A stretch of 64,000 nt of DNA, taken from NCBI GenBank assembly GCA_905178155.1, contig CAJINV010000001.1, positions 282,344 through 346,343 of the forward strand, written 5' to 3'. The notes under the pieces were generated by a model. That model did no database searches. It was not told the origin of the DNA and saw only the letters and a program-made list of their open reading frames with translations. The DNA comes from Amoebophrya sp. A120. Its lineage: Eukaryota; Protista; Dinoflagellata. Positions 1-12,177 of this stretch are shown one piece after another. Position 1 is the stretch's first letter; each line of letters begins with the position of its first letter. The translations under genes were made by a program, and so were the position numbers.

Positions 1-239
1 CACACGCTGTCCCGACGACCGGGACATGGGATCGACACCACGAAAACATGGCCCCCCGACCTCGAGCATCATCGCCCAGCCAACCTGACCACCCCCAAGC
101 ACTCAAAAAACGGACCGGAGAGGACATCGCGTGCGCCGAACCCGGGCGAGGAGAACACAGAAGGGAAATCCGAAACAGGAGACAACGAAGCCGGCTAATT
201 TGCGAATCGGAAAAGGCAGAAAAGCTGGCTGATTGGTGT

Positions 240-620
240 CTAAAACAACTCCCGGAACGCCCTCCGGAACCTGGCGGACCCCCGAAAAAACCCTTGCTAA
301 TTTGTAGTCTAATTTTTTTGCCCCCCTGTTCTAATTGGTGGTCTAACTTGCGTCTAATTTGCAGAACCCCAAGGCCCCAGACCCTGTCTAATTTGCAGAA
401 CTACGCAAAAAACAAGTGCGATTTTGCCTATGCCCGAGATATAAGCGAAATCACACACGAAATTCCCACCCGATGCAAATTAGCCAACCAATTAGCCAAC
501 CAATTAGCAACAAATTAGGTACCAATTAGCCAGGGCATTTTTCGGGTCCAGAATTGGGTCCGAAACAGATTAGCGGCGGTGTAGAATTTCAAATTAGGAT
601 TTTCCGGGAGGTGTTTTAGC
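240..620. repeat. Imperfect foldback with CTAATT/AATTAG sub-repeats
   Basis: The left half carries repeated CTAATT(TG) and the right half repeated AATTAG, including AATTAGCCAACC-type x3 at ~478-513. Arm matches: aaaacaactcccggaa (242-257) vs ttccgggaggtgtttt (602-617), and cccgaaaaaacccttgctaatt vs aattagccagggcattttttcggg. Confidence 0.5.
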
Positions 621-1109
621 AAGCAAAAGCGGGCCTTCTTCCCGAGGCCCCGCCGATTCTTCCAAGAAGAGAATACCGGACGGCCGCCCCAGGAAAAGGT
701 GGAGAACACATACCAAAGGCATGAACCCCTGTCGCCCCGGCCCCGGAATCAGGGCGCGGGCCCCACGCGGCAGAGGGCACTACACACAGACCGAAGTCCG
801 GGAACCCTGGCGCCCTCCCGAGAGGAATGACAAAACGGCAAAGGCCCCAAATGCGAAGCCTGGCTGCACCTCGGGCCCGGTGCGGATGCACAGAGAGATG
901 CGGCGGGCCCCCGATTGTCGACGCGCCACACCTTCCGGGGCGTTCCCGGTACCCACAAAACACACACAAAGACCGGCGCCACGCCATTGCCCCGGGGGCG
1001 GCCAAACGCGGCCCCCCTGTTGCCAACAAGACACCCATCAAGCTCCCCAATTAGCCCACTTTTAGGAAATAATTAGAAACAGAAACCGCCCGGGGCTGTC
1101 TGCCTGATT

Positions 1110-2950
1110 TGCGAGTTTCCAAGGCCGCCAAGTCAGCCGCCTACACTCCAGCGCCCTGGGCCTCGCCAGAAGGATCGAGGGCGCTGGGACATAGCATGCC
1201 GGAAGGATTTGAGCGCAAGTTGCGCAGGTGTTCGCGCACTTTGCGGCTTCCCGTTCCCTGCCCAAGCCAGCCGCCTACATTCCAACGCCCTGGACCCTTC
1301 TGGTGTGGCCCATAGCGCTGGAACGAATGGAGGCGGCTGGCTTTGCGCGCGGGTAACATGGATGTTCGCCTTGCGAGTGTCCAGGGCCAAGCCCGCCACC
1401 TAGGTAGGCTCCAGCGCTCACTCTGAACCACACCAGAAGGGCCCAGGGCGCTGGAATGCGGGCGGCTGGCTTTGGGCGCAGGCGGCGCAGGTGCTCTCTG
1501 TGCGAGTTTCCGTGCCCAAGACCGCCGCCTACATTCCAACCAAAGAACGCCCGGGGCCACGCCAGAACGAAGGGCCCAGAGCGCCTTCGCATAGGCGGCG
1601 GGTTGGAATTGGGCGCAACTTGCGCGGCTGTTCGCCGTGCGGGCTTCCGTGACCAAATCAAACGCCTATATTCCAGCGCCCTTGGCCTCAGCAGCAGGGC
1701 CCAGAGCGCTTGCAGGCGGGCGGCTGGATTTGAGCAGAAGCTGCGCAGCTGTTCGCTTCGCGAGTTGGCTTCCATGGCCGGGCCAGTCACCTAGATTCCG
1801 GCGCCAACTCTGAGCCGGGTCAGAAGAGTCCAGGGCGCTGGAAATATAGACGGCTGGACTTGCGCGCAAGTTGTGTCGATGTTCCCTTTGCGCGTTTCCG
1901 TGGCCACACCAGCCGCCTACACCCCAGCGCTCTGAGCCCCGCCAGAAGGGCCCAGGGCGCTAGAATGCAGGCGGCTGGATTTCAGCGCAGGCGACGTGGA
2001 TGCTCGCTCTGCGAGTGTCTGTGGCCCGCCAAGCCAGCCGTCTGCATTGATTCACTCCAGCGCACCGAGCCACGCCAGAAGGGCGCAGGGTGTTGCAATG
2101 TACGTAGGCGGCTGGATTTGAGCGCAGGTGGCGCGCGTGTTCGCTCACTCTGCAGCTGCCCGTGGCCAGCCCAGCCGCCTACATTCCCCCCCGCGCCCGC
2201 TTTGAGCCACGCCAGATGTGTCAAACAAGGGCGCTGGAGTGTAGGCGGCCGGGCCCGGTCACTCGAGCAAAAGTGGCGCAGATGTTATGTTCGCTTTGCG
2301 TGAGCCACACCAGAGCGAAGGGTCAGCGAGCGGCGCTGGAGTGTGGCCGCCTGGGCTCAGTCACTTGAGCAAAAGTGGCGAAGATGTGCGCTGTGCGAGT
2401 TTCCGTGGCCAAGCCAACCGCCTACACTCTAGCGCTCTGAGCCGCGCCAGAAGCGTCCAGCTAGCGAGCGCGCTGGAGCATAGACGGCTGCCTGGATTTG
2501 GGCAAAGGTGGCCCCGATGTTTTCTGTGCCTCGGCTCGCCTGCGAGCTTCCACGGCCGAGCCAGCTCTTTAAATTCCAACGCCCTGAGCCACACCGAAAG
2601 GGCCCAAAGCGCTGGAAGGTAGCCGACGGACCACATTTGGGCGCAAGGCGCGCGCGGGCGCAGATGTTCCCGTGGCCAAACCGGCCGCGAACATCCCAAC
2701 GCCCTGGGACTCACCAGAAGAGTTCTGTCCCGGGTGCCGGAAGGTAGGCGGCCGCCCGGGCCGGCTTGGGAGCAAGAAGGTGGCGCAGGTGCCCGCGCTG
2801 CGAGGGGGTTTGAGCGTCCATGGCCAAGCCAACCGCCTTCATTCCCAGCGCTCTGAGCCACACCAGAAGGGCCCACGGCGCTGGAATATAGGTGGCCGCG
2901 GCCGGAGTTGAGCGCAAGTGACGCAGATTTTCGCTGTGCGAGTTCCTATG
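1110..2950. repeat. Degenerate ~120-bp GC-rich tandem array of hairpin units (~15 copies)
   Basis: Recurrent unit gcgagtttccgtggccaagCCAGCCGCCTACATTCCAGCGC..gccacaccagaagggcc..GCGCTGGAATGTAGGCGGCTGGatttgagcgcaagtggcgcag, with an internal inverted repeat of about 25 bp. Confidence 0.85.
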
Positions 2951-4552
2951 GGCCGCTTCAGTTTTTGGCACCCATCGGCGAGGCCGCCTCGCTCTGTTTC
3001 GCCTGGCTGGCAGACTGCCCCCAAACAAGATGCCGGCCGGGGGCCGGCGCGACGGCTTGCGGTGTAATAGGGGCGGGCCCGCCTCGGTTCCCTGTCCAGG
3101 ACGCCTCGCTCGGCCCTGCCGCAACATGCGGCGCGCTTCTCTTTGCGTTTGTTGACTGCCTGCGCGGGTCAACCGGCCGGGCCCTCACTCGGGGCCGCGG
3201 CTGCAGTTCGTTGTTTGTGTGCGCGCCTGCTTGAGCAAGGGGCCGGCCGCCCGGGCCTTGGTGGGCTTTCGGCGCCAAGGCCCGTTTGTTGTGATATGCC
3301 CGGCCCGTCCAAAAGGCGGCCTAGCGGAAGGGCGCGCGCGCGCGCCAGATTCGTGCCGGGGCGGTGCCAGATTGGGCGCTCGAAGCAAGGCCGGCGCCGG
3401 GCCTTGACAAGGGAGACCCAGCAAGGCAGCTGGTTCCCGGTAGTTCATTGATGAGCATCCGAGCCAGATGGCGCCAGGCCCTGGCCAAGCCTGCCAAACG
3501 GCCGGCGCGAGGCCCTAGCGGTGCTGGACGGGGCCCGGGCGCGCCAGGGGCGGCAGGCCGGCGCAAGATTCTGGGTGGCGAGGCCACTCAGCCTACGATC
3601 GGGCTAGCTGATGCCAGCCACCCAGCTCACTGATCGCGGCCGGGGTTGTGCGGCGCAGCTAGATTTATTTAGGCGGAGGATGGAAGCCTGCTAGCCGCGG
3701 CCAGATCCTTCCTGCCTGGCCAATGAGGCGGCTGCCACGCACATTGTGGCCGAGGCGGCGCAAAGCCTTTGCAGGGCCTACGAACGCCATATCCTGGTGG
3801 GCCGAGCCTGCTAGCCGATGCAAAGCAATCGAAAGCATTGCGCGAGGGAGGCAGTCTGGCATAGGCCTTGGGGAGGCGGAGCAAAGGCCTTGGGGAAGGT
3901 CTCGGGGCTTGCCTGCGCTCGCAAAGCCGCTCGCGCTGTCCTCGGGGACAAGCCCTGGCGGGGCCTCGGGGGCGTATGGCCGCTGGGGTTTATGTTTCGA
4001 AGTCAAGTCGCCCTCTTCTTGGGGCTGTTTTTTCTAGCTGCCCACTGTCCATCAAGATAGGGTCGGCCAAACGGCCGACCCCCATCTTGTAACCATAAGT
4101 AACATCAACACTGGCACACCGCACACGAATTTAGAAAATGGAACATATTGTACCGCAAAATGAAACATATTTGAAGTAGCCCCCGTACCGGTGGTGCGAT
4201 CCCGAAAAAAGATGCAGACGTGGTCCTCAGGAGCGTGTCCGCAGGGACAGCGGGCACTGCGTACTTTCAGCTGAAACCCCGGGCAGTACTGCCCCTGGTG
4301 ACAAAGCGAGTGCCCCACACCGGTGTGCATCTTGAGCAGGTTGCCACAACGACCGCAAACGGCGTTGTCTCGCAGAGCAAGGCAATCCTTGCCGCAAACC
4401 TTTGGGTAGTAGTCGGTGGCAGAAAATTTGATCATGGAAGCTAGCTTGATTCTCTCAACTTCTAAATCCTGTGGTCACTGGCGCGTCTTCGTCGTCTTAT
4501 TTCACCTTGATGAGCATTCCGATGCAGCTTTCATCGCAACACGCAGCTACAA

Positions 4553-5113
4553 CTAAGTACGCATCTGTACCTGACATCGCCACAGGCCGCGACATCCCTG
4601 CAACGTCGCAGCGGCTATGGATTCACTGCACCTGTCGCCTGGTTTTTTTCCCCCACCAGTTGAATTTTTGCGTCGGCCAGTACTACAAGTTGTACCTCCT
4701 GCAGCAGTTGCTTCCTTTCCCAACTCGCGAGGAAGATCGTCAACGCCATCCAAAAATTCGTCCTCCGCACTTGCGCTGTTCCTTCTCCGAGTCCGACGGA
4801 AAAACGCGCGGCCGCCACTGACCCCGGTTAGCAATTCCTCGCTTTGTTCCCGGCGTCTTTTCAACTCGACCGCCTCCTGCCGCTCCTCGTCGTACGGGCT
4901 GTCTTCCGGTTTGTAAAATGGTACTGTGGCCTCCAGCAACACCTCGCGCGCCGCCTGGATTAGCTTGAAAGCCTCCGTTGTGCATTCCACGTGGTCGCGG
5001 TTCTTATCGGGATGAAATTTCAGGGCTAGCCGCTTGTAGGCCGTGGCTATCTCATCTCTGCTGGCGGTGCCGTTCACCTCCAGCAGTGCTGCAGCGGTGC
5101 GCGGGTTCATCAT
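4553..5113 (-). CDS. DnaJ (J-domain) protein
   Basis: N-terminal J-domain: LLEVNGTASRDEIATAYKRLALKFHPDKN...EAFKLIQAAREVL, with the HPD motif. The C-terminus is uncertain and may splice to the Cys-rich ORF 4052-4435. Confidence 0.85.
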   Translation of the reverse strand: MMNPRTAAALLEVNGTASRDEIATAYKRLALKFHPDKNRDHVECTTEAFKLIQAAREVLLEATVPFYKPEDSPYDEERQEAVELKRRREQSEELLTGVSGGRAFFRRTRRRNSASAEDEFLDGVDDLPRELGKEATAAGGTTCSTGRRKNSTGGGKKPGDRCSESIAAATLQGCRGLWRCQVQMRT

Positions 5114-5258
5114 CTTGATGTGATTCTGAACAGATACAGGAGAAAACTGCTATTCACTCGTCATAAAAGCTGAAGCGCTCCTGAACTACTGACGATCCAT
5201 TGTTTGTCACACGAAACATGAGTGCTTTTGTTCTACCAAGGAGAAGGTAGAGGCCAAG

Positions 5259-5349
5259 CGCGTTGTTTGGTAATATAGTATATTACCAAACAACGCGAAT
5301 CCGAAAATCTGTGAGTATATTATACTCACAGATTTTCGGATTCGCGTTG
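5259..5349. repeat. Two overlapping perfect palindromes
   Basis: 5259-5297 has 19-bp arms with a 1-nt centre; 5291-5349 has 29-bp arms with a 1-nt centre. They share CAACGCG. Confidence 0.95.
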
Positions 5350-6061
5350 CTGGCGCCGGCAGTGTCTTTCAAATTTTAAAATTTGAAAAAGAATTTTTCT
5401 CAGCCTCAGGTGGCAACGGTTCAACGGAGGAACAAATCTCATGCTCCATCTTCATCGGCAGTTCTTCTACCGGTTCTCCGAGGATTTCTTGGAAAAATAT
5501 TTAGTTCTCTCGCGTTGACTATACCATGATGAAAAGAGCCAGCAGGTGCGGGTCCAGTGAAATATATTCACATTATCGATTGGGATTGGGATTGGGATTC
5601 AGCTGCTCGTGACACGACGGCAAAAGCCAGTACGAAAAAACAATTGAGATACAGAGTCAAAGTGAACGCAAATAAAGGGTCGGACTAATTTTGTCAGAAA
5701 AACAGAAGGAGTGCGAAGCTTTACAATAGTGCATGCGGGGCCTCACCAATTGGATATAGACCTATGAAACCATGTAAAGCGGGTCGTGGTCGTCATGTAG
5801 AAGTACAGAACAGAGCAATTACAATGAATGAGTGACATTAAAGACCTACGTTATGTTGTGCTTGTACAGATATAAAAAGATTGTTCTTACAAATGCTAAT
5901 TTACAGTGGAGTTGTGGACGAGCAGATGATACAACATGTCCATAGTGAAGAACCCCCGGGGGTGGTTCGTCTAAATCTATGGGCAGCAGAGTACTTAATT
6001 TCACTTTTCCTCGTAGTGCGAAATATTTTTGGAACGGTCACGCGCCTCCTTGTGTTTCGTT

Positions 6062-7744
6062 TTAATGTCCAGCCTCCTCGATTGATTGAAGAATGTCGTC
6101 CGCCACGTCTTCCAGCTCGCGGTCGTTGAACTGAAACAGGGCTTTTATCTTCTCTCGTGCGCCGGCGTCGTGGACTAATTTGGCGTACCTGCAGGGGTTT
6201 CATGTTGTCGTGTACGTGATTAAAATTCATAACAACGACAAGTCGAGCTCTTCAGCTTGATGTTAGCGTACGTGTTGTACCACTACACATTTCTCCCCTA
6301 GCGACAACCACAAATCAAGAAAAACTAGAGTACTCTCTAACAATCCGGCGTTCCTCCGTGGGCTCTTCCATGAATTCGCAGATGGTGAGCAGGGCCTCCA
6401 GTTTCAGGTCAAGCATTCGCTGCAGGTCTTCAGTGCCGAGGTCTTTGTACCCCTTCGGCAACTCGAGCAGTTTTACCTGAGAAGCAGAAGGTTTATTTGA
6501 AAAGACACTGATAAAGTTAAGCGACGAAGTCATTTAGGGCGTTTAAAGAATTGTCATTTTGCCTGCTGTGATAAGATAAGGAATTCAGATTGACAGTCAA
6601 GCAAAAAAAATATACGAATCCCTCCACGCCGCCGAGCGAGCAGAGCTTTTGTTTCGCGATATCGTCTTCGAGAATGATGTTTCGCAGAATGGATGCGGCG
6701 GCACAGGCTAAGCCTTCCACGGGGGAGAGCATCAGGGGGACGAGGGGTGTCATGGCACCTGCGTCGAACGCAGCCTGGGCGTTCAGCGGGCTTTCAATGC
6801 ACAGGAAGGACAAAGCGACAACCGCGGTGTGTATGCGGTCCTCTTGCCCGCTGTTCAGGAAGTCCACAAACTTCGTTATGCCACCTGTTGTTCATAGTAA
6901 TACGTTTCTTTGATGTTGTTGTTAATCCATTTCTTTTTATTCTTTTCGATTCGGTTTTTTTGTAAGCGCAAGAGACCTCCCACTGCAGTGTACCATCTTG
7001 ACCACAGATTTTGCTACAAAGTGGATGACGGAGACCAAGAACGAAGCACGCACAAGCACAAGAAGAGCGAAAAGCATTGAAAACAAGTATCGTACCCATT
7101 GTTCTGATTTTGTTTTTCATTTCCGGGTCGTAGGGTTGCAGTTCGGTCGCCGACTCCGCGGTGACGGCGCCCTTGATGGCCAACTGGGTTCCGGCCAGCG
7201 CGCCTATGGTCCGGGGGTTCTTGGCCCACTGGTGCATCTGTTCGTCCGTTTCTATCTTCTCGTTGCTGTCCATCAGAGCGATGAGGGACTCGATGTTGTT
7301 GCCTCGGAAGGCTGCGTCAAACTTCTCCGCGTCGTCGCCACCTGGGGAAAACAGTGCAGAAGAGAATGATTTTGATTTTGTATGACAACTCAAGGCATGC
7401 AAATGCATCTCTACTGAAACGAGCTAGCTACTTCTCCTTTCGCTGCAGCAATATCGTACGCTCCTGACACACTTCTAGTTCTAAGAAGACGAAGACCCGA
7501 CATAATAAACCTAAAGCAAAAGATTATATGATGTCCAGTGGTAAAAAGAAGTACTACCTTCTGAGTGGAAAACCATGCTTTCCTTCTTTGGCTTCTCCTG
7601 CGGCTCCCCTGGAGTTTCCTCCCCGGGTGGCCCGGCATTGACGCTTGATTTCTTCTCGGAGGGTTTCCTCTCGGAAGGAGCTTTTGGTGGAGGAGCCTGG
7701 GGGGTCGGCTTCTCCTCTTCGCCACAGCAACAAGCGGCACCCAT
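6062..7744 (-). CDS. ARO: Armadillo-repeats-only (ARO) protein, 5 exons with GT-AG introns
   Basis: MGAACCC acylation motif. Exons 7744-7558, 7341-7096 (HQWAKNPRTIGALAGTQLAI), 6884-6616 (DRIHTAVVALSFL...ACAAASILRNI...LGGVEGF), 6476-~6334 (VKLLELP...LEAL) and 6188-6062. These match motifs I recall from Plasmodium/Toxoplasma ARO. Confidence 0.9.
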
Positions 7745-8607
7745 CTTCCGAAAAGCGGGCTGAAAGTCAACTCAGGTTCTTCTCGTCGCGCTAGCGCGCC
7801 GTACTCAACTGCAGGACTGATCCAACATGATGGCCCTTGTTGCAAGCGCGAAATAGCATCAAAACACAATAAATGTAGTTGGAAATAATGGTACAGCTAG
7901 GGAGGTGGTCCTGTTATTTGGAGCGATTAGATGCCAATACGGAAGGAATGCAAGTAAGTAAGTACTTACTCGAGTACGTAACGATAACGAAAACGAAGGT
8001 GGGTAGGGCACAAAGGGGCGACACAATCACGATGTCGAGTGCGCACGATTGATTGAGTACGATAACGAGTCAGATTCGAGCGGACGATGACCGAAATCCG
8101 AAAGCACTTTCTTCAATGTCTACGCACCGAAACTGTCACTGTCTTGCTCTTAGCTTAAAATCAGAACGAGGCAACCGAAGCGCAGGACGAGTTGAGCACC
8201 GACCAAGCTAGCTTTTCTCTGCAGAATTTCCTCAAAGATAGTTTGTTGTTGCAACAAATCAAAATTTCTTTTTGGCTGGAAAAGATACCGAAAAGTCGCA
8301 CTTGGTCTGAAACCGATGAAGAAAAAGAGTACTTGGGTGCTGTTCTGTGAACAGCAGATGTAGATTGATATTACATAGTCACATTAAGCAACCAAAAACT
8401 CTGCAACTAGCAGGTCCACTACGAAATTCAGGCACGCGCCGTCTCGTCTGTTTATCTCGCATTGGAAATGAAGTCCAAAAGTGTGGCGAAAGCAAACTCA
8501 ATGCGCTCCGGCGTCGGAGGTGTTTTATCGATGCATTGCAAAAGAAAGAAACAGTCACATTACAGGACACAAACACATACATTTATCCCTTATTCTCAAG
8601 AACTTCT

Positions 8608-9483
8608 TCACGCTCCGGCATTCTTCGCATGAGCAAGCGAAGTCTCGCCGCCCTTCTTGTTTACAGCACCACCGCCGTCCCCGTCCTCCGCAAGAATGTA
8701 GGCAAACTTTTTCCCGCAAACGGAATCGCACTGTTGCTCTAACTTCAGGTAGCGCTGCCGCAACAGCTCCTGCTTTTCCATGAAGAGCTGCTTGGCCGCG
8801 TCGGTTTGGTGCGGTAAAATGCCGACGCAGGAGCTCCTGTTGGTGCTACCTTTTGAAACACTTCCGGGAGAAGTGGACGATGTTGACGTCGTATTTTCAT
8901 TGGAAATCTGTCCGCGATCGCTGTATGCCTATGGATTGTAAAAATGTCTGGGTCTGGAAGAATGCTAGACTTGTCATGCAGGTTTTCCATGACGACCCAT
9001 GTGAATGGGATCTGATATGGAGGACATAGCATGACAGATTCTGTGAGAGTTCTATCATGCCTATCGTCCTGCATTAGAAACTGCCGCTCGATTAGGTCAA
9101 AAGTGGACAGTTTTTGGTAATCATGCAGCACAGATTTTTACATGATTCAGATTTAGCATGACAAGTTGCTTTGTTCCAGACCAAGACATTTTTGCATTTG
9201 ATACGCTGGTGTTGACTTTGAAAATGCAATCGAACAATTGCCGCCTCTCTTCCAGTCCCATTTTCTGGACGTTCTCCTGGCATGTTTTCTGACAGTCTAT
9301 TGTGAGGAAAAATGTCCCCACACCAGAGTCAAGATGGAAAATCTTCGCTCGTTCGTTCGTGTGGATCGGCTCTGCCGACCGGGTAGCCCATCGCCTCACA
9401 TACAAATGACCGACGCGAACCCCGTTGCGGGACATACATATGGCCATATGGCCGCACGGAGGGGCCCTAAGCGCTACATACAT
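8608..9483 (-). CDS. Hypothetical protein interrupted by an introner (start uncertain)
   Basis: The frame ...ERRQLFDCIFKVNTS joins AYSDRGQISNE...KQLFMEKQELLRQRYLKLEQQC...AKNAGA* in frame once the 8930-9203 element is spliced out. Confidence 0.45.
8930..9203. mobile_element. Introner family A (274 bp), no clear TSD
   Basis: TIR tatggattgtaaaaatgtctgggtctggaa / ttccagaccaagacatttttgcatttgata. Here it can be read as a GT...AG intron in the minus sense. Confidence 0.85.
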
Positions 9484-9811
9484 AGTTCACCCTAAGCGCC
9501 TACCACTTCGGTCGGGACTGAGTCTACCTGGTCCTGGGGGTTCACAGCGCACTAGCCCTCTTGCTAGCATAAACAGATTGGGTTCTACAAACTGATCTAA
9601 CTCCTTATGACAGTCAGGCCATCTTAAAGGACAAATCAACCAGCTATGGTTGTTCCGCATGACAAGTTTGCTCTCGTAGTGTAATCCTGTTTAGCTAGTA
9701 GTTCCGAAGCATCACAGACGTAGCATATCATGCTCATCTTAGCATCACAAATTCCCAAACACGAAGGGAAAGTGGCTCTTTTGGGGCGTCGCATCATCAT
9801 CATCATCATCA

Positions 9812-10548
9812 TGTAGTGGACACCCGCACCCAGCGCCACAGGTCAAGGATCCCCTCCCCGGGGGGTGGGCGAGGAAGCACTTTCGGCGACCTCAACATAC
9901 AAAAGCCGAGCGCTACCACGGCAAGTCGCCCCAATAAAAGTGCCAACCAGTCGGGAGCTACCCACCACACCTGATCAGTACAGCCCGGCCTGCTAGCCGA
10001 GCGCGACAGCCCAGTATACAGAACGATCCAGGACCCGACCCATTTTACGCCATAAGTATTTGCTCTCACGGAAGAGACGACGCACCCCTTTGGGCTAAGG
10101 GGCGAGACTCTCCCTTAAGCCGCAACCCCACCCGGACAGGGGGGGCTGGACCATTTGTGCCTTCCCTGCGGCCGGCACGGACGAAAAAGGCAAGTGCGCG
10201 GACCGGAGATGCCAAGCGAACCATTGGCCAGTTGTTTGTCACGCTGACTGGCAACCCACCTGGGGCACAGCGACAGCTTAAAGGTTTAGTTTGTGCGTGG
10301 CAGTCTTAGTGCAGCTACTTGACTTATTCTGCAACAGAAGCAAAGGGTGGGAGGGGGGACGGGGATCATAAGCCGGAATCATCATCATCATGTAGTGGAC
10401 ACCCGCCCCCAGCGCCACAGGTCAAGGACCCCCTCCCCGGGGGGTGGGCGAGGAAGCACTTTCGGCAACCTCATCATACAAAAGCCGGGCGCTACCACGG
10501 CAAGTCGCCCCAAGAAAAGTACCAACCAGTCGGGAGCTACCCACCACA
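9812..10548. mobile_element. Pair of 158-bp direct repeats (9812-9969, 10391-10548); retroelement relic
   Basis: Near-identical copies with TGTAGTGG...CCACCACA ends, each preceded by (ATC)n, separated by a 421-bp spacer. No outer TSD or PBS seen. Confidence 0.6.
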
Positions 10549-12177
10549 CCTTTTTTTGGCATGAGATTTGCATGACAGCTCTGGGGTGGGGACGTTTTTA
10601 AATATGACACAGTCCTTCTTTGCGTCAAAGAACTCCCAAACCCGGCCGCGCATTTGCTGCGGGCGCGCAGCGTTCAGCGTGCTTTCCAGCTCAGCGACAT
10701 CCTTCGGGCGGAAATGCTCCATGATAGTGCGACAGAATAATTCCTTCAAGAACAAGATCTGAGGTGTACTACTCTTCAAGCTACATCACCGTGTAGCTTA
10801 CTACTAGTATGTAAGGGCAGCTTCGCGCAGTGCTGGCGCAAGTAAGTGCGAGCTACACGCGCACGAACTGCATTTGTCTTTCCCGCCAGCATGCAAACTC
10901 GAAACTGATGTCACACACTCGCAACACCAGCATCGGTCGGAAATGTGATGTTTTCTTTACTTTGCGCCAAATAATTTCTTTCTTTTTTTCAGCAGACAAC
11001 AGGACTCGGATACTTTCGAACATCACTACAGCCTGAAAAGATCATCGCAGAGCGGGTGCGACATCGAGATCCGCAGAATCATCTGTATGACAATTTTATT
11101 GAAAAAGCTGGCCCCGTTTCCTTTGAAATGGCCTTGGCCCCAAAGGGACAGTAATATTGATATTTTGCACTGTAGCACCACGTTGCGAAGTCCAAGGCAA
11201 TTCAAATTTCTATATGCAAATCCTGCTGAATAGTATATTTGCTAACTATAGTGACAAATAGAAATTGGCTGGACATTAATTGTGCACTGGCGTACGTGCT
11301 AACTGAGTTCCTGCGAGTAAGTGGCTAGATATTTCTCAACAACTTGCATCCAGAATCTGGTGACCAAAAAACACCCAAAAAAGACCAAAAGACGCGTTGT
11401 AGAACTGAGACTGACTCGGGGTCACAGAAACTTGTTTTACCCGTTTTCCTGTTTAAGTCTTTCCTCACATCTCCCACCACCTCAAAATACTTCTCAAGAT
11501 CTAGAAGAATCAAGCTCAAGCGGCTGTCGTCTTCACTAATTACTTCGGCGTTTAAGGTGTGCGTGTGGGTGTGCGGCTGCCCTGCCAGGCCTGGTTGTGG
11601 TCGGGAAAAAGAAGCATGTCAAAAAAATGACTATCAGGGAGTCCGCTAGATGATTCGCGAGGAAAAAAACAAACAAGAAGAAAATCTATCAATCTATCTA
11701 TCTATTGGGCAACTGGGATTTTAGGAACTTTAGGTGATGCGCCCCGCCCCCCTTCGCAGCTCGCTATAAAATTGACGTTCTGCAGACGAAGCTGTTGCCG
11801 TTCTCTCTTTCTGTTTGGAGTGGTGCGAAGACAAAAGCAATCATAAAGCGAAGATCTCCGAAAAATAAACTACTTCTCCCGCTCTTGCTTTCTATTTCTG
11901 ATGATATCTCCTCCGTTGTTTTCTTAGTTTTTCGCTTTTCCTCATTCTTCTGTCGCAGGTGATCTTCGGACGGTATGGCGAGGTTGATTTTAATTTTTCT
12001 CAAATTCTGTTGGTCACGAACTTGCAGAGAGACATCAAATACCTTCAGGCTTTTTCGAATACCGTGGTAAGTGCAATCCTGCTGAGATCGACGTCACGAC
12101 TTTCCTTACCTTTGGTGGTACTAGAGGCGGGAGGTTTCCTTGTGCCTCCGTGTGTAGCATTTTGTTACTTTGTCCAA

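Noticed and set aside
48-4092. Numerous overlapping ORFs of 60-170 aa
   Set aside because: They arise from GC-rich repeats, lack recognisable motifs and overlap in all frames. A decayed retroelement at ~3000-4050 could not be supported by RT or endonuclease motifs.
10537-10779. Small ORF as a standalone gene
   Set aside because: It looks protein-like, but has no recognisable family or clear start and ends inside a repeat.
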